Below are positions 14,538 through 21,275 of a stretch of DNA of 24,000 nucleotides, piece after piece; position 1 is the stretch's first letter, and each line of letters starts with the position of its first letter. The notes under the pieces were generated by a model. That model ran no database searches and had not been told where the DNA came from. It was given only the letters and a program-made list of their open reading frames with translations. Source of the DNA: Clostridia bacterium (GTDB lineage Bacteria > Bacillota > Clostridia > Christensenellales > Aristaeellaceae); NCBI GenBank assembly GCA_017459565.1, contig JAFUCP010000084.1, positions 19,716 to 43,715 on the forward strand, given 5' to 3'. Both the position numbers and the translations under genes were made by a program.

Positions 14538-15032
14538 CTATATCTCCTCTCTGGCAATGTCCAATGCCCGCAGCACCGTGGACAGGCGCATGTTTCCCTT
14601 TTCAAAATCTGACACCGCCTGCAGCACCTGCTCAGAGGCGATGACATCCCCCACGTCCCTGAGCCTTCCCGCCAGCTGCGCCAGCTCGTTGGCGTGGGCA
14701 GCGTTGTGGTTGACCATGTACTGCATCAGCGCTATGATCTCGGTCCGCGGGTCCACGCCACAGCCATCGCAGTCGGAGTTACAGTGCGCCGCACCCGGGC
14801 AGCCCTGGGGATGCTCATGGGGATGGGCATGGGTGTGTTCATGGGCGTGGGCATGGGTCGTGCCGTCGGCATGGGTATGCTCATGGCTGTGGACATGGGT
14901 ATGCTCGTGTTCGTGTCCTTCGCCGCTTTCCCGGGCGGGCTCACCGGTATGCGGATGGTTTTCGCCGTGGGCATGGTGGTCGTGGGCGATCCCATGCTCG
15001 TGCATATATTCATGGCTGTGTTCGTGATCCAT
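14538..15032 (-). CDS. Extremely His-rich / Cys4 metal-binding protein with a helical C-terminal domain (putative Ni/Co storage or chaperone)
   Basis: ATG at 15032 (SD gaaaggatgtttgaagATG); 164 aa. I count 28 His in the first 83 residues (MDHEHSHEYMHEHGIAHDHHAHGENHPH...GHEHEHTHVHSHEHTHADGTTHAHAHEHTHAHPHEH). Next comes C78-x5-C84-x3-C88-x2-C91, then about 70 aa of helical sequence with HNAAHANELAQLA. Its stop lies 4 nt before the cooT ATG. Confidence 0.8.
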   Translation of the reverse strand: MDHEHSHEYMHEHGIAHDHHAHGENHPHTGEPARESGEGHEHEHTHVHSHEHTHADGTTHAHAHEHTHAHPHEHPQGCPGAAHCNSDCDGCGVDPRTEIIALMQYMVNHNAAHANELAQLAGRLRDVGDVIASEQVLQAVSDFEKGNMRLSTVLRALDIAREEI

Positions 15033-15075
15033 CTTCAAACATCCTTTCAAAACGATTCTGCTTCGTCCCCATCAG

Positions 15076-15104
15076 ATTATACAACAGTCCGCCGGGTTTG
15101 TCAA
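15076..15104 (-). promoter_or_regulatory. Exact-consensus sigma-A promoter (TTGACA-17-TATAAT) for the His-rich protein/cooT operon
   Basis: Minus-strand reading: TTGACA (15104-15099), spacer aacccggcggactgttg, then TATAAT (15081-15076). The spacer holds a G/C tract flanked by ACAA/TTGT arms (15081-15101), a weak candidate operator. Confidence 0.6.
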
Positions 15105-15234
15105 AATCTTCGACTTGGGCGGTCCATTCCCAAATTCCCGGCGGGACCGCGGTTCCGGGCAAATCACCCATCCCCTGCCCGGGGTTTCCAATCAAAAATT
15201 CCATCATTCTTTACCTGGCGGGCGGAATGAAGGA

Positions 15235-15263
15235 TTGCATTTCGCGGCGACATGGGATAGAAT
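15235..15263 (+). promoter_or_regulatory. Promoter for the CsoR/InrS-like regulator (TTGCAT-17-TAGAAT)
   Basis: TTGCAT at 15235-15240, a 17-nt spacer, and TAGAAT at 15258-15263, about 20 nt upstream of the ATG. SD is GAGGTGA. Confidence 0.5.
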
Positions 15264-15283
15264 TCAAGTGAGGTGAGCCTTTG

Positions 15284-15646
15284 ATGAACCGAGACGATCA
15301 CAGCCACGCCCATCCCGAGGGAATGGATCACGAATACATGCACGCCCACGGCATCCCCCACAGCCACGAACACGGGCATACCCACACCCACGAGCATACC
15401 CGGGCCGTGCTGAACCGGCTGTCCAGGGCCATCGGGCACCTGCAATCCGTGCGCACCATGGTGGAGGAGGGGCGCGACTGCTCCGAGGTGCTGGTGCAGA
15501 TTGCCGCCGTGCGCTCCGCCATCGACAATACCGGCAAGCTGATATTGCAGGATCATTTGAAGCACTGCATTGTGGACGCCGCCCACGAGGGCGACCAGAA
15601 GGCCATCGACGATCTGTGCGAGGCCATCGACAAGTACATGAAATGA
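15284..15646 (+). CDS. CsoR/RcnR (DUF156) family metal-sensing repressor with a His-rich N-terminal extension (InrS-like)
   Basis: ATG at 15284; 120 aa. The core LNRLSRAIGHLQSVRTMVEEGRDCSEVLVQIAAVRSAIDNTGKLILQDHLKHC gives the C66 / H91-x3-C95 ligand pattern. The first 38 residues contain 13 His. Confidence 0.85.
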   Translation: MNRDDHSHAHPEGMDHEYMHAHGIPHSHEHGHTHTHEHTRAVLNRLSRAIGHLQSVRTMVEEGRDCSEVLVQIAAVRSAIDNTGKLILQDHLKHCIVDAAHEGDQKAIDDLCEAIDKYMK

Positions 15647-15647
15647 C

Positions 15648-15678
15648 AAGGCAGCGGGGCACTCGTTCCCGCCGCCTT
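15648..15678. terminator. Shared hairpin between the convergent regulator and RhaM-like genes
   Basis: AAGGCaGCGGG-N9-CCCGCcGCCTT forms 10 bp with one mismatch. The flanking U-tracts are poor. Confidence 0.4.
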
Positions 15679-15686
15679 GTTCACGC

Positions 15687-16319
15687 CTATACGATCCTGC
15701 GGATATGCTCGTGGCTTTCGCCGGTGATCCAGTCCACGTCGTCGGTCAGCCAGTCCATGATCTCCAGCTGCCGCGTCTCCCAGGCGATGGTGTCCTGCTT
15801 TTCCTGCTCCGTCATCTCCCGGTCGAAGGCCTTCACCTTTTCGCAGTAGCCGAAGATGTATCCCGCGCCGTACCAGATGGTGAAATTGCTGTCCGGGCCC
15901 TCTGAGACGGCGTCACCCCGGGCGGCGATCAGCCCGTCGTGGCGGCGCTTGTATTCCTCCGCGCAGCCGGGTTTGAGCTTCGTGACGAACACGCGATGCC
16001 GGATCAGGGATTTGTCCGCACGCACGATGCCGATATCGTGGTACATCAGCCGCATACTGCCCGTAGGGCAGAGCAGCTCCGCGCTGCCGTCGATCACGCG
16101 CTCCAGCAACTCGCGCAATTCAGGGGCCGCGTCCAGATCCGTGTCCCTGGCATATTCCCCGTATCCGCAGAGTATGTCCGATACGCTCCAGACGGAGAAG
16201 TTTCCCACGCCGAGACGCTCCGCCTCCTCCAGAATCCTCGGCGCAAGCTCTGAAATCCCTTGCAGCACCGCCTCGCGCCTGTCAGGGTTTATCTTCATCA
16301 AAAAGGTCTTGCGTTCCAT
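15687..16319 (-). CDS. Tandem L-rhamnose-mutarotase-like (RhaM/DUF718-type alpha+beta barrel) protein
   Basis: 210 aa built from two repeats. Each opens like RhaM (RKTFLMKINPDRREAV... and HRVFVTKLKPGCAEEYKRRHD...NFTIWY), compared with E. coli RhaM [21 protein letters not shown]...NYAIY recalled from memory. Confidence 0.5.
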   Translation of the reverse strand: MERKTFLMKINPDRREAVLQGISELAPRILEEAERLGVGNFSVWSVSDILCGYGEYARDTDLDAAPELRELLERVIDGSAELLCPTGSMRLMYHDIGIVRADKSLIRHRVFVTKLKPGCAEEYKRRHDGLIAARGDAVSEGPDSNFTIWYGAGYIFGYCEKVKAFDREMTEQEKQDTIAWETRQLEIMDWLTDDVDWITGESHEHIRRIV

Positions 16320-16354
16320 GCTTCATTTCCCCCTTCCGTATGTTCCCTTGTGTT

Positions 16355-16834
16355 TCACGCGTCCCCGTCCCTGAGCGACTTCAGATACGGCACCGCCCTG
16401 TCGCCGTCCAGAACAAGCTCCGCATAGCAGCCGTCCATCAGCGCGCCGGGATTGATCAGCAGCACACTGCCCGACATCTCCACGCAGGGGCGGTGGGTGT
16501 GCCCGAAGAGCGCAATGTTCGCGCCCTGCTCCTCGGCGAAATAAGAAAGCCTGTCGTAGCCGTACTTCACATCCTGCAAATGGCCATGTACCGCCAACAG
16601 CCTGTGGCGTCCGCAGGACCAGAGCGCCATGCGCGGCTGCTGGGAAAACATGTCGCAGTTGCCGGCCACGGCGATCACCGGCATCTCAAGCCGGCGTTCA
16701 AGCCAGCGGGCGTCGGAATGATAATCGCCCAGGTGAAAGACCGCGTCGTACTTCTCCCGTTTGCACCTTTCCAGCCAACACGCCAGCCAGCTTTCCCGGT
16801 CGTGGCTGTCGGAAACGATGCCCAGCCGCGTCAT
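16355..16834 (-). CDS. YfcE/MJ0936-family metallophosphoesterase (YsnB-like)
   Basis: 159 aa with the motifs GIVSDSHD, HLGD, GNCD and GHTH. Its ATG overlaps the upstream stop (ATGA at 16831-16834). Confidence 0.85.
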   Translation of the reverse strand: MTRLGIVSDSHDRESWLACWLERCKREKYDAVFHLGDYHSDARWLERRLEMPVIAVAGNCDMFSQQPRMALWSCGRHRLLAVHGHLQDVKYGYDRLSYFAEEQGANIALFGHTHRPCVEMSGSVLLINPGALMDGCYAELVLDGDRAVPYLKSLRDGDA

Positions 16835-18159
16835 GTCTCCTCCTCCAGCGCGTCCAGCAGCTTCGCAATGGCTCGGGCGCGGTGGGACACGCCGTTCTTC
16901 GCCTCCGGGTCCGCCTCGGCAAAGGTCACGCCGAGGTCGTCAGACAAAAACAGCGGGTCATAACCGAAGCCGCCGGTTCCCCGGTATTCGCCGATGATCT
17001 CCCCATCGCAGCGGCCATAGACGGTCACGGGCTCCCGTCCGGGCCTGCACAGCGCCACCGCCGCGCCATAGTGCGCCCTGTGGGGGGCGGGCTTGTCCGC
17101 AAGCTCGCTGAGCAGCAGCCGGTTGTTGGCCTCGTCGTCGCCATGGACGCCGCAGTAGCGGGCGGAATGGACACCGGGACGCCCGTCAAGCTGATCCACG
17201 CACAGGCCGGAATCGTCCGCCAGCGTGGCGCAATGGCAGATATCCATGAGGGCCTGCGCCTTGATAAGCGCGTTTTCCTCAAAGGTCTCGCCCGTCTCCT
17301 CCACGTCCAGCGTCACGCCCATGTCCCGCATGGAGCGCACATCGAAGCGTTCGCCCAGCAGCTGCCGCAGCTCCTTCAGCTTGCCGAAGTTGTTGCTGGC
17401 AAGGGCCAGCAGAGGCTTTTTGCAAATGACCTCCGCGCGGCTTCCCAGCGCGTCGCGCTGCGCCTGCATAAGCTCCAGGCAGCCCTTTTCCCCCAGCGCC
17501 AGCAGCGTGTCCAGCTCCGCCTTGGTATAACAGCGCCCCTCGCCGGTACCCTGCACCTCCACAAAGCCGAGCCGGCCCTTGGCGTCGCGCGTCATGACCA
17601 CGTTCATATCCACCTGTGCGCGGCTGTCCTGGGCATATTCCAAATCGAGGGTACACACATCGTCGATCACGCCCACGGACACCGCGGCCACCTGGCGGAT
17701 GACGGGCGAATCCGGCAGCGTGCCCTCCTGCATCAGCTTGTCCACGGCGATGCACAGCGCGGTGAACGCGCCGGTAATGGAAGCCGTCCGCGTGCCTCCG
17801 TCGGCCTGGATTACGTCGCAATCGATGTAAACCGTGCGCTCCCCCAGCCGGGTCAGATCACAGGCCGCGCGCAGGGAGCGCCCGATCAGCCGCTGGATCT
17901 CCACGCCGCGCCCGTCCTTCTTCACGCCGTCCCGAGCCTTGCGCTGAGGCGTGGAGCCGGGCAGCATGGCATACTCCGCCGTGAGCCAGCCCTTCCCCTT
18001 GCCCTTCAAAAAGCCGGGCACCCCCTCCTGTATGGAGGCGGTGCAGATGACCTTTGTCCTGCCGCAGCAGATCAGCACAGAGCCCGCGGCCATCTCGGTA
18101 TAGTCCGGCAGTATCCGCACCATGCGCAGCTCGTTGGCCGCGCGATTGATCGCTTCCAT
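16831..18159 (-). CDS. rph: Fusion protein: RNase PH (N-terminal ~240 aa) + RdgB/HAM1 non-canonical purine NTP pyrophosphatase (C-terminal ~200 aa)
   Basis: 442 aa. The N-terminal part has AGSVLICCGRTKVICTAS...GWLTAEYAMLPGST...DCDVIQADGGTRTASITGA (RNase PH). The C-terminal part has LALASNNFGKLKELRQLL...TFEENALIKA...ADDSGLCVDQLDGRPGVHSARY...GFGYDPLF (RdgB). SD is gaaggaggaatacccATG. Confidence 0.9.
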   Translation of the reverse strand: MEAINRAANELRMVRILPDYTEMAAGSVLICCGRTKVICTASIQEGVPGFLKGKGKGWLTAEYAMLPGSTPQRKARDGVKKDGRGVEIQRLIGRSLRAACDLTRLGERTVYIDCDVIQADGGTRTASITGAFTALCIAVDKLMQEGTLPDSPVIRQVAAVSVGVIDDVCTLDLEYAQDSRAQVDMNVVMTRDAKGRLGFVEVQGTGEGRCYTKAELDTLLALGEKGCLELMQAQRDALGSRAEVICKKPLLALASNNFGKLKELRQLLGERFDVRSMRDMGVTLDVEETGETFEENALIKAQALMDICHCATLADDSGLCVDQLDGRPGVHSARYCGVHGDDEANNRLLLSELADKPAPHRAHYGAAVALCRPGREPVTVYGRCDGEIIGEYRGTGGFGYDPLFLSDDLGVTFAEADPEAKNGVSHRARAIAKLLDALEEET

Positions 18160-18226
18160 GGGTATTCCTCCTTCTGGCCTTCGCCAGTTTCTTCAGGTAT
18201 TTCCGAGGCCGCCTGCTCCGGCGCGT

Positions 18227-19357
18227 TCATTCAAAGTCGAACAGCATCGCCGACTGGGTCTGGATGTAGTCATAGACGATGGAATCCGCCACATTCATGA
18301 AGCTGGGCACACCCAGCTCCCCCAGGCCTGGGTCGTAGGGCTTTCCATCCACATAGATTTCCACCGACTTCACGCCGTCAAACTGTGTGCAGGTCAGCAC
18401 CAGCGCCTTGAGCGCCATGCGCCCGCCATCGGAATTCTGCACCAGGTTCACGAATTCCCCGGTGAAATTCAGTCTGGCGACGCCGTTCTCCACCTTCACA
18501 TCGATCAGCCCGCAGCCCGCGGGCACCACGCTTTCCAGCATGTCGCCGTTGGCGGGGCCCTTGGCCAGCTCCAGCACCGCGGTGTTGATGTCCGCCGAGG
18601 CGTGGACTATGCGGGTCACAGGCACGATCACCGCGCCGGAATCCGCCGGGAAGTACAGCGTCACCGCCTGCGAATCCGCCCGGTTCATGGTGGGCTGGGC
18701 GCTCTCCAGGTTGATATCCCCCCGGGTGAATTCGCCCGCCACCGGGGTGCCGTGGGTCAGCGTCCCGCGCCGCTGGCCATCGATCAGGAACTCCACGCGC
18801 TCCACGCTTTCAAACTCTGTCAGCGTCTGCACGATGGCGTTGATCATGTTGGATTCCGCCGCGGCGTCGGCCATGTTCAAAACCTCTTTGCTCAGATCGA
18901 TGCGCGCCAGCCCGCCCGAAATGTCCAGGTCGATCTTCGTGTTTTCGGGCAGCACGGTCCTCAGTCCCAGCCGCGCGGCCTGCATATCGTTGTTCACGCT
19001 CTGCACCATCAGATTGAGCGTCGCCTTGGCGATGCCGTCCTCCATGGGCACCCGGCACATCACGGGCACCAGATAGCCGTAATTGTCCTGATAGTACACG
19101 ATGGTGGAAACCTTCGCGGCCTCCGCCTCCCCGGTGCCTTCGGACCCGGAAGCGCCGGTCTGAGCGTCCGCCGGCTGCGGCGTCGCCTCCGCCGCGTCGA
19201 AGGGCTCCCCGGCCCCCGGTTCAGTCGTGGCCGCCGGGGACACCGCCGCATCCACCGGCGCGCGCCACAGCGTCCACGCGCACGCCACCGCGATGGCCAG
19301 GACCAGCAGCGCCAGCGCCAGCAGGTAGGCCTTGCGCTGATTTTGTGAAACATTCAT
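18227..19357 (-). CDS. gerM: GerM-like membrane-anchored protein with tandem GerMN domains
   Basis: Track ORF trimmed to the ATG at 19357 (SD caaggagggttccacATG); 376 aa. It has an N-terminal TM helix (AYLLALALLVLAIAVACAWTLW), a low-complexity linker, then two GerMN-like halves. The gerM-rph-rdgB-ysnB order matches B. subtilis. Confidence 0.75.
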   Translation of the reverse strand: MNVSQNQRKAYLLALALLVLAIAVACAWTLWRAPVDAAVSPAATTEPGAGEPFDAAEATPQPADAQTGASGSEGTGEAEAAKVSTIVYYQDNYGYLVPVMCRVPMEDGIAKATLNLMVQSVNNDMQAARLGLRTVLPENTKIDLDISGGLARIDLSKEVLNMADAAAESNMINAIVQTLTEFESVERVEFLIDGQRRGTLTHGTPVAGEFTRGDINLESAQPTMNRADSQAVTLYFPADSGAVIVPVTRIVHASADINTAVLELAKGPANGDMLESVVPAGCGLIDVKVENGVARLNFTGEFVNLVQNSDGGRMALKALVLTCTQFDGVKSVEIYVDGKPYDPGLGELGVPSFMNVADSIVYDYIQTQSAMLFDFE

Positions 19358-19435
19358 GTGGAACCCTCCTTGCGTCGTCCATTTCGGTTTCAATGTATTC
19401 CGGCGCAAGGGGAGGTATGCCGCGCGTACATCCCC

Positions 19436-19464
19436 ATTTTATCATAAATTAGGCGGTTGCGCAA
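19436..19464 (-). promoter_or_regulatory. Candidate gerM promoter (TTGCGC-17-TAAAAT)
   Basis: Minus-strand reading: TTGCGC (19464-19459), spacer aaccgcctaatttatga, then TAAAAT (19441-19436). A sporulation-sigma promoter cannot be excluded, since CATACCTC lies on the minus strand at 19412-19419. Confidence 0.3.
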
Positions 19465-19485
19465 TCGCGGCAAATGGTTTATAAT
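19457..19485 (+). promoter_or_regulatory. Promoter for rqcH-DUF1836 (TTGCGC-17-TATAAT)
   Basis: TTGCGC at 19457-19462, a 17-nt spacer, and TATAAT at 19480-19485. Confidence 0.5.
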
Positions 19486-19523
19486 CGGTATTGAAAACAA
19501 GCTATTGTAATTTGGAGGAACAC

Positions 19524-21248
19524 ATGCCCTTTGACGGACTGACGCTGGGCCTGGTGGCCCGCGAATTGAACCGCGCCCTTGAAGGCGGGCGCATTGCCAA
19601 AATCATACAGCCCGAACGGGATGAAATTATATTGACCGTCAGGAACAACGGCATGAACCATCAACTGCTCATGTCGGCCACGGCCAACTGCGCCCGCGCC
19701 CACCTGACCACCACCCGCAAAAACAACCCGCTGGAGCCTCCCGCGCTGTGTATGCTGATGCGCAAGCACATCACCGGCGGCCGCATATGCGGCATACGCG
19801 CCGTGGAAAGCGACCGCATCCTGGAGGTCGAAATCGAGCATTATGACGAATTGGGGGACCGCGCCCGCAAGAAGCTGATCTGCGAATTCATGGGCAAGCA
19901 CTCCAACCTCATCTTCGTGGGCGGAGACGGGCGGATCATCGACAGCGCCCGCCGCGTCAACGAGCAGATTTCTTCCGTGCGGGAGGTGCTGCCCGGGCTG
20001 CGGTACGAGCTGCCGCCCGCCCACGGCAAGCTGCCCTACGACCGCGTGGAGGCGCAGGCGCTGCTTTCGGCCATGAGCGGCATGAACGGCCCGCTTCACA
20101 GGCTGATCGCGCAGTGCGTCAGCGGCATGTCGGCCCAGACGGCGCGGGAGCTGGCCTTCCGTGCCACCGGCTCTGAGGACACCCACAGCGACGAAATCGA
20201 CCTTGCGGCCGCCTGCGGCAGCATTGCGGACAACCTTGCCGCCATCCCCGGCCAGGTCAGCCCGGCGATCCTCTACAACGCCGAAGGCGCCCCGGTGGAC
20301 GCCGTCGCCTTCCGATATCACAGCCGCGACCACCTGCGCCGCGAGGAATACGCCACCATCTCCGAGGCGCTGGACGCCTTCTACCGCAGCCGGGACCGGG
20401 CAGAGCGCATCAAGCAGAAGAGCGCCGCACTGCACCGCACGCTGAAAAAGAACATCGAGCGCTGTGAGCGCAAGCTGGCCCTGCAGCAGGAGGCGCTGCT
20501 GGGCAGCCAGCGCATGGAAGAGTACCGGCTCAAGGGCGAGCTGCTGACCGCAAACCTCCACCTGGCGCAAAAGGGCGCAAAGCGCGTGGACGTGCCCAAC
20601 TATTATGAAGAGGGGATGCCCCTGCTGTCCGTGGAGCTGGACGAGCGGCTCTCCCCCGGCCAGAACGCTCAGCGGTATTTCAAGCTGTACCAGAAGGCGC
20701 GCAACGCCCAGACCCTGGCGGCGGAGCAGATCGAAAAGACGGGGGCGGAACTGGATTACCTGGAAGGGCAGCTGGACAACCTGGGAAAGTGTCAGGAGGA
20801 GGCCGAGCTGTTTGAACTGCGCGAAGAGCTGGAACGCTTCGGCTATGTCAAGGTCAACCGCAACCGCCGTCAGATGAAGCAGCTGCCACCCTCCCAGCCC
20901 ATGCGCTTCACCGCGCCCTCGGGGCGGACGATTCTGGTGGGCAAAAACAACCTGCAAAACGACAAGCTGACCGGCACGGCGCAGCCCAACGAGGTCTGGC
21001 TCCATGCCAAGGACATACCCGGCTCCCACGTGATCATCGTCGGAGAGGCGCCGGACGACGATACGATCCTCTATGCCGCGCGGCTGGCCGCGCTCTATTC
21101 CAAGGGGCGCGCCTCTTCCCGCGTGCCCGTGGATTATACCCTCCGGCGCTTCGTGAAAAAACCCGGCGGGTCCAAGCCCGGCTTTGTCATATACACCAAC
21201 CAGCACACGCTTTACGTCCAGCCGGCAGAAGAACAGACCATGGTCTGA
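19524..21248 (+). CDS. rqcH: RqcH / FbpA (NFACT-family ribosome quality-control protein)
   Basis: Track ORF trimmed to the ATG at 19524 (SD tttggaggaacacATG); 574 aa. It has the NFACT-N start MPFDGLTLGLVARELNRALEGGRIAKIIQPERDEIILTV, a central coiled coil, and a C-terminal DUF814-like region (WLHAKDIPGSHVII). Confidence 0.9.
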   Translation: MPFDGLTLGLVARELNRALEGGRIAKIIQPERDEIILTVRNNGMNHQLLMSATANCARAHLTTTRKNNPLEPPALCMLMRKHITGGRICGIRAVESDRILEVEIEHYDELGDRARKKLICEFMGKHSNLIFVGGDGRIIDSARRVNEQISSVREVLPGLRYELPPAHGKLPYDRVEAQALLSAMSGMNGPLHRLIAQCVSGMSAQTARELAFRATGSEDTHSDEIDLAAACGSIADNLAAIPGQVSPAILYNAEGAPVDAVAFRYHSRDHLRREEYATISEALDAFYRSRDRAERIKQKSAALHRTLKKNIERCERKLALQQEALLGSQRMEEYRLKGELLTANLHLAQKGAKRVDVPNYYEEGMPLLSVELDERLSPGQNAQRYFKLYQKARNAQTLAAEQIEKTGAELDYLEGQLDNLGKCQEEAELFELREELERFGYVKVNRNRRQMKQLPPSQPMRFTAPSGRTILVGKNNLQNDKLTGTAQPNEVWLHAKDIPGSHVIIVGEAPDDDTILYAARLAALYSKGRASSRVPVDYTLRRFVKKPGGSKPGFVIYTNQHTLYVQPAEEQTMV

Positions 21249-21275
21249 TTATCGTAACACAAAGGAGGAGTCCTT

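Noticed and set aside
14790-15030. Periodic short repeats (catggg/gtgggc units) that look superficially like a tandem-repeat or CRISPR-like array
   Set aside because: The 6-nt periodicity comes from H-x dipeptide coding inside an ORF. There are no spacers of unique sequence and no repeat of 24 nt or longer.
15033-15075. NiCo (czcD-type) riboswitch in the His-rich operon leader or the cooT-downstream spacer
   Set aside because: The leader is only about 37 nt, too short for the four-helix NiCo fold. The 14195-14332 spacer does not show a four-way junction that I can recognise from memory. This needs an Rfam scan, so I do not claim it.
15172-15184. CCCC-N5-GGGG inverted tract (cccctgcccgggg) as the CsoR-family operator
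   Set aside because: It resembles the G/C-tract operators of this family. However, it lies about 50-70 bp from either promoter and lacks the flanking AT-rich inverted arms. The weak ACAA-N13-TTGT site inside the consensus promoter spacer is no better supported. I call no operator.
14521-15230. Plus-strand ORFs 14521..15027 and 14694..15230 with striking MGMGMG / WAWV repeat peptides
   Set aside because: These are the reverse-complement reading of the (CAC/CAT)n His codon tracts of the His-rich gene. The minus-strand frame has an SD, a consensus promoter and tight coupling to cooT.
15164-15649. 161-aa minus-strand ORF overlapping the regulator gene
   Set aside because: The plus-strand frame encodes a textbook CsoR/RcnR core and has its own promoter and SD, so the minus-strand frame is antisense noise.
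16882-19348. 472-aa and 408-aa plus-strand ORFs (16882..18300 and 18122..19348)
   Set aside because: They are antisense to rph-rdgB and gerM, with low-complexity composition and no ribosome-binding sites.
19479-21206. 575-aa minus-strand ORF
   Set aside because: It is antisense to rqcH, whose plus-strand translation has the NFACT-N and DUF814 hallmarks.
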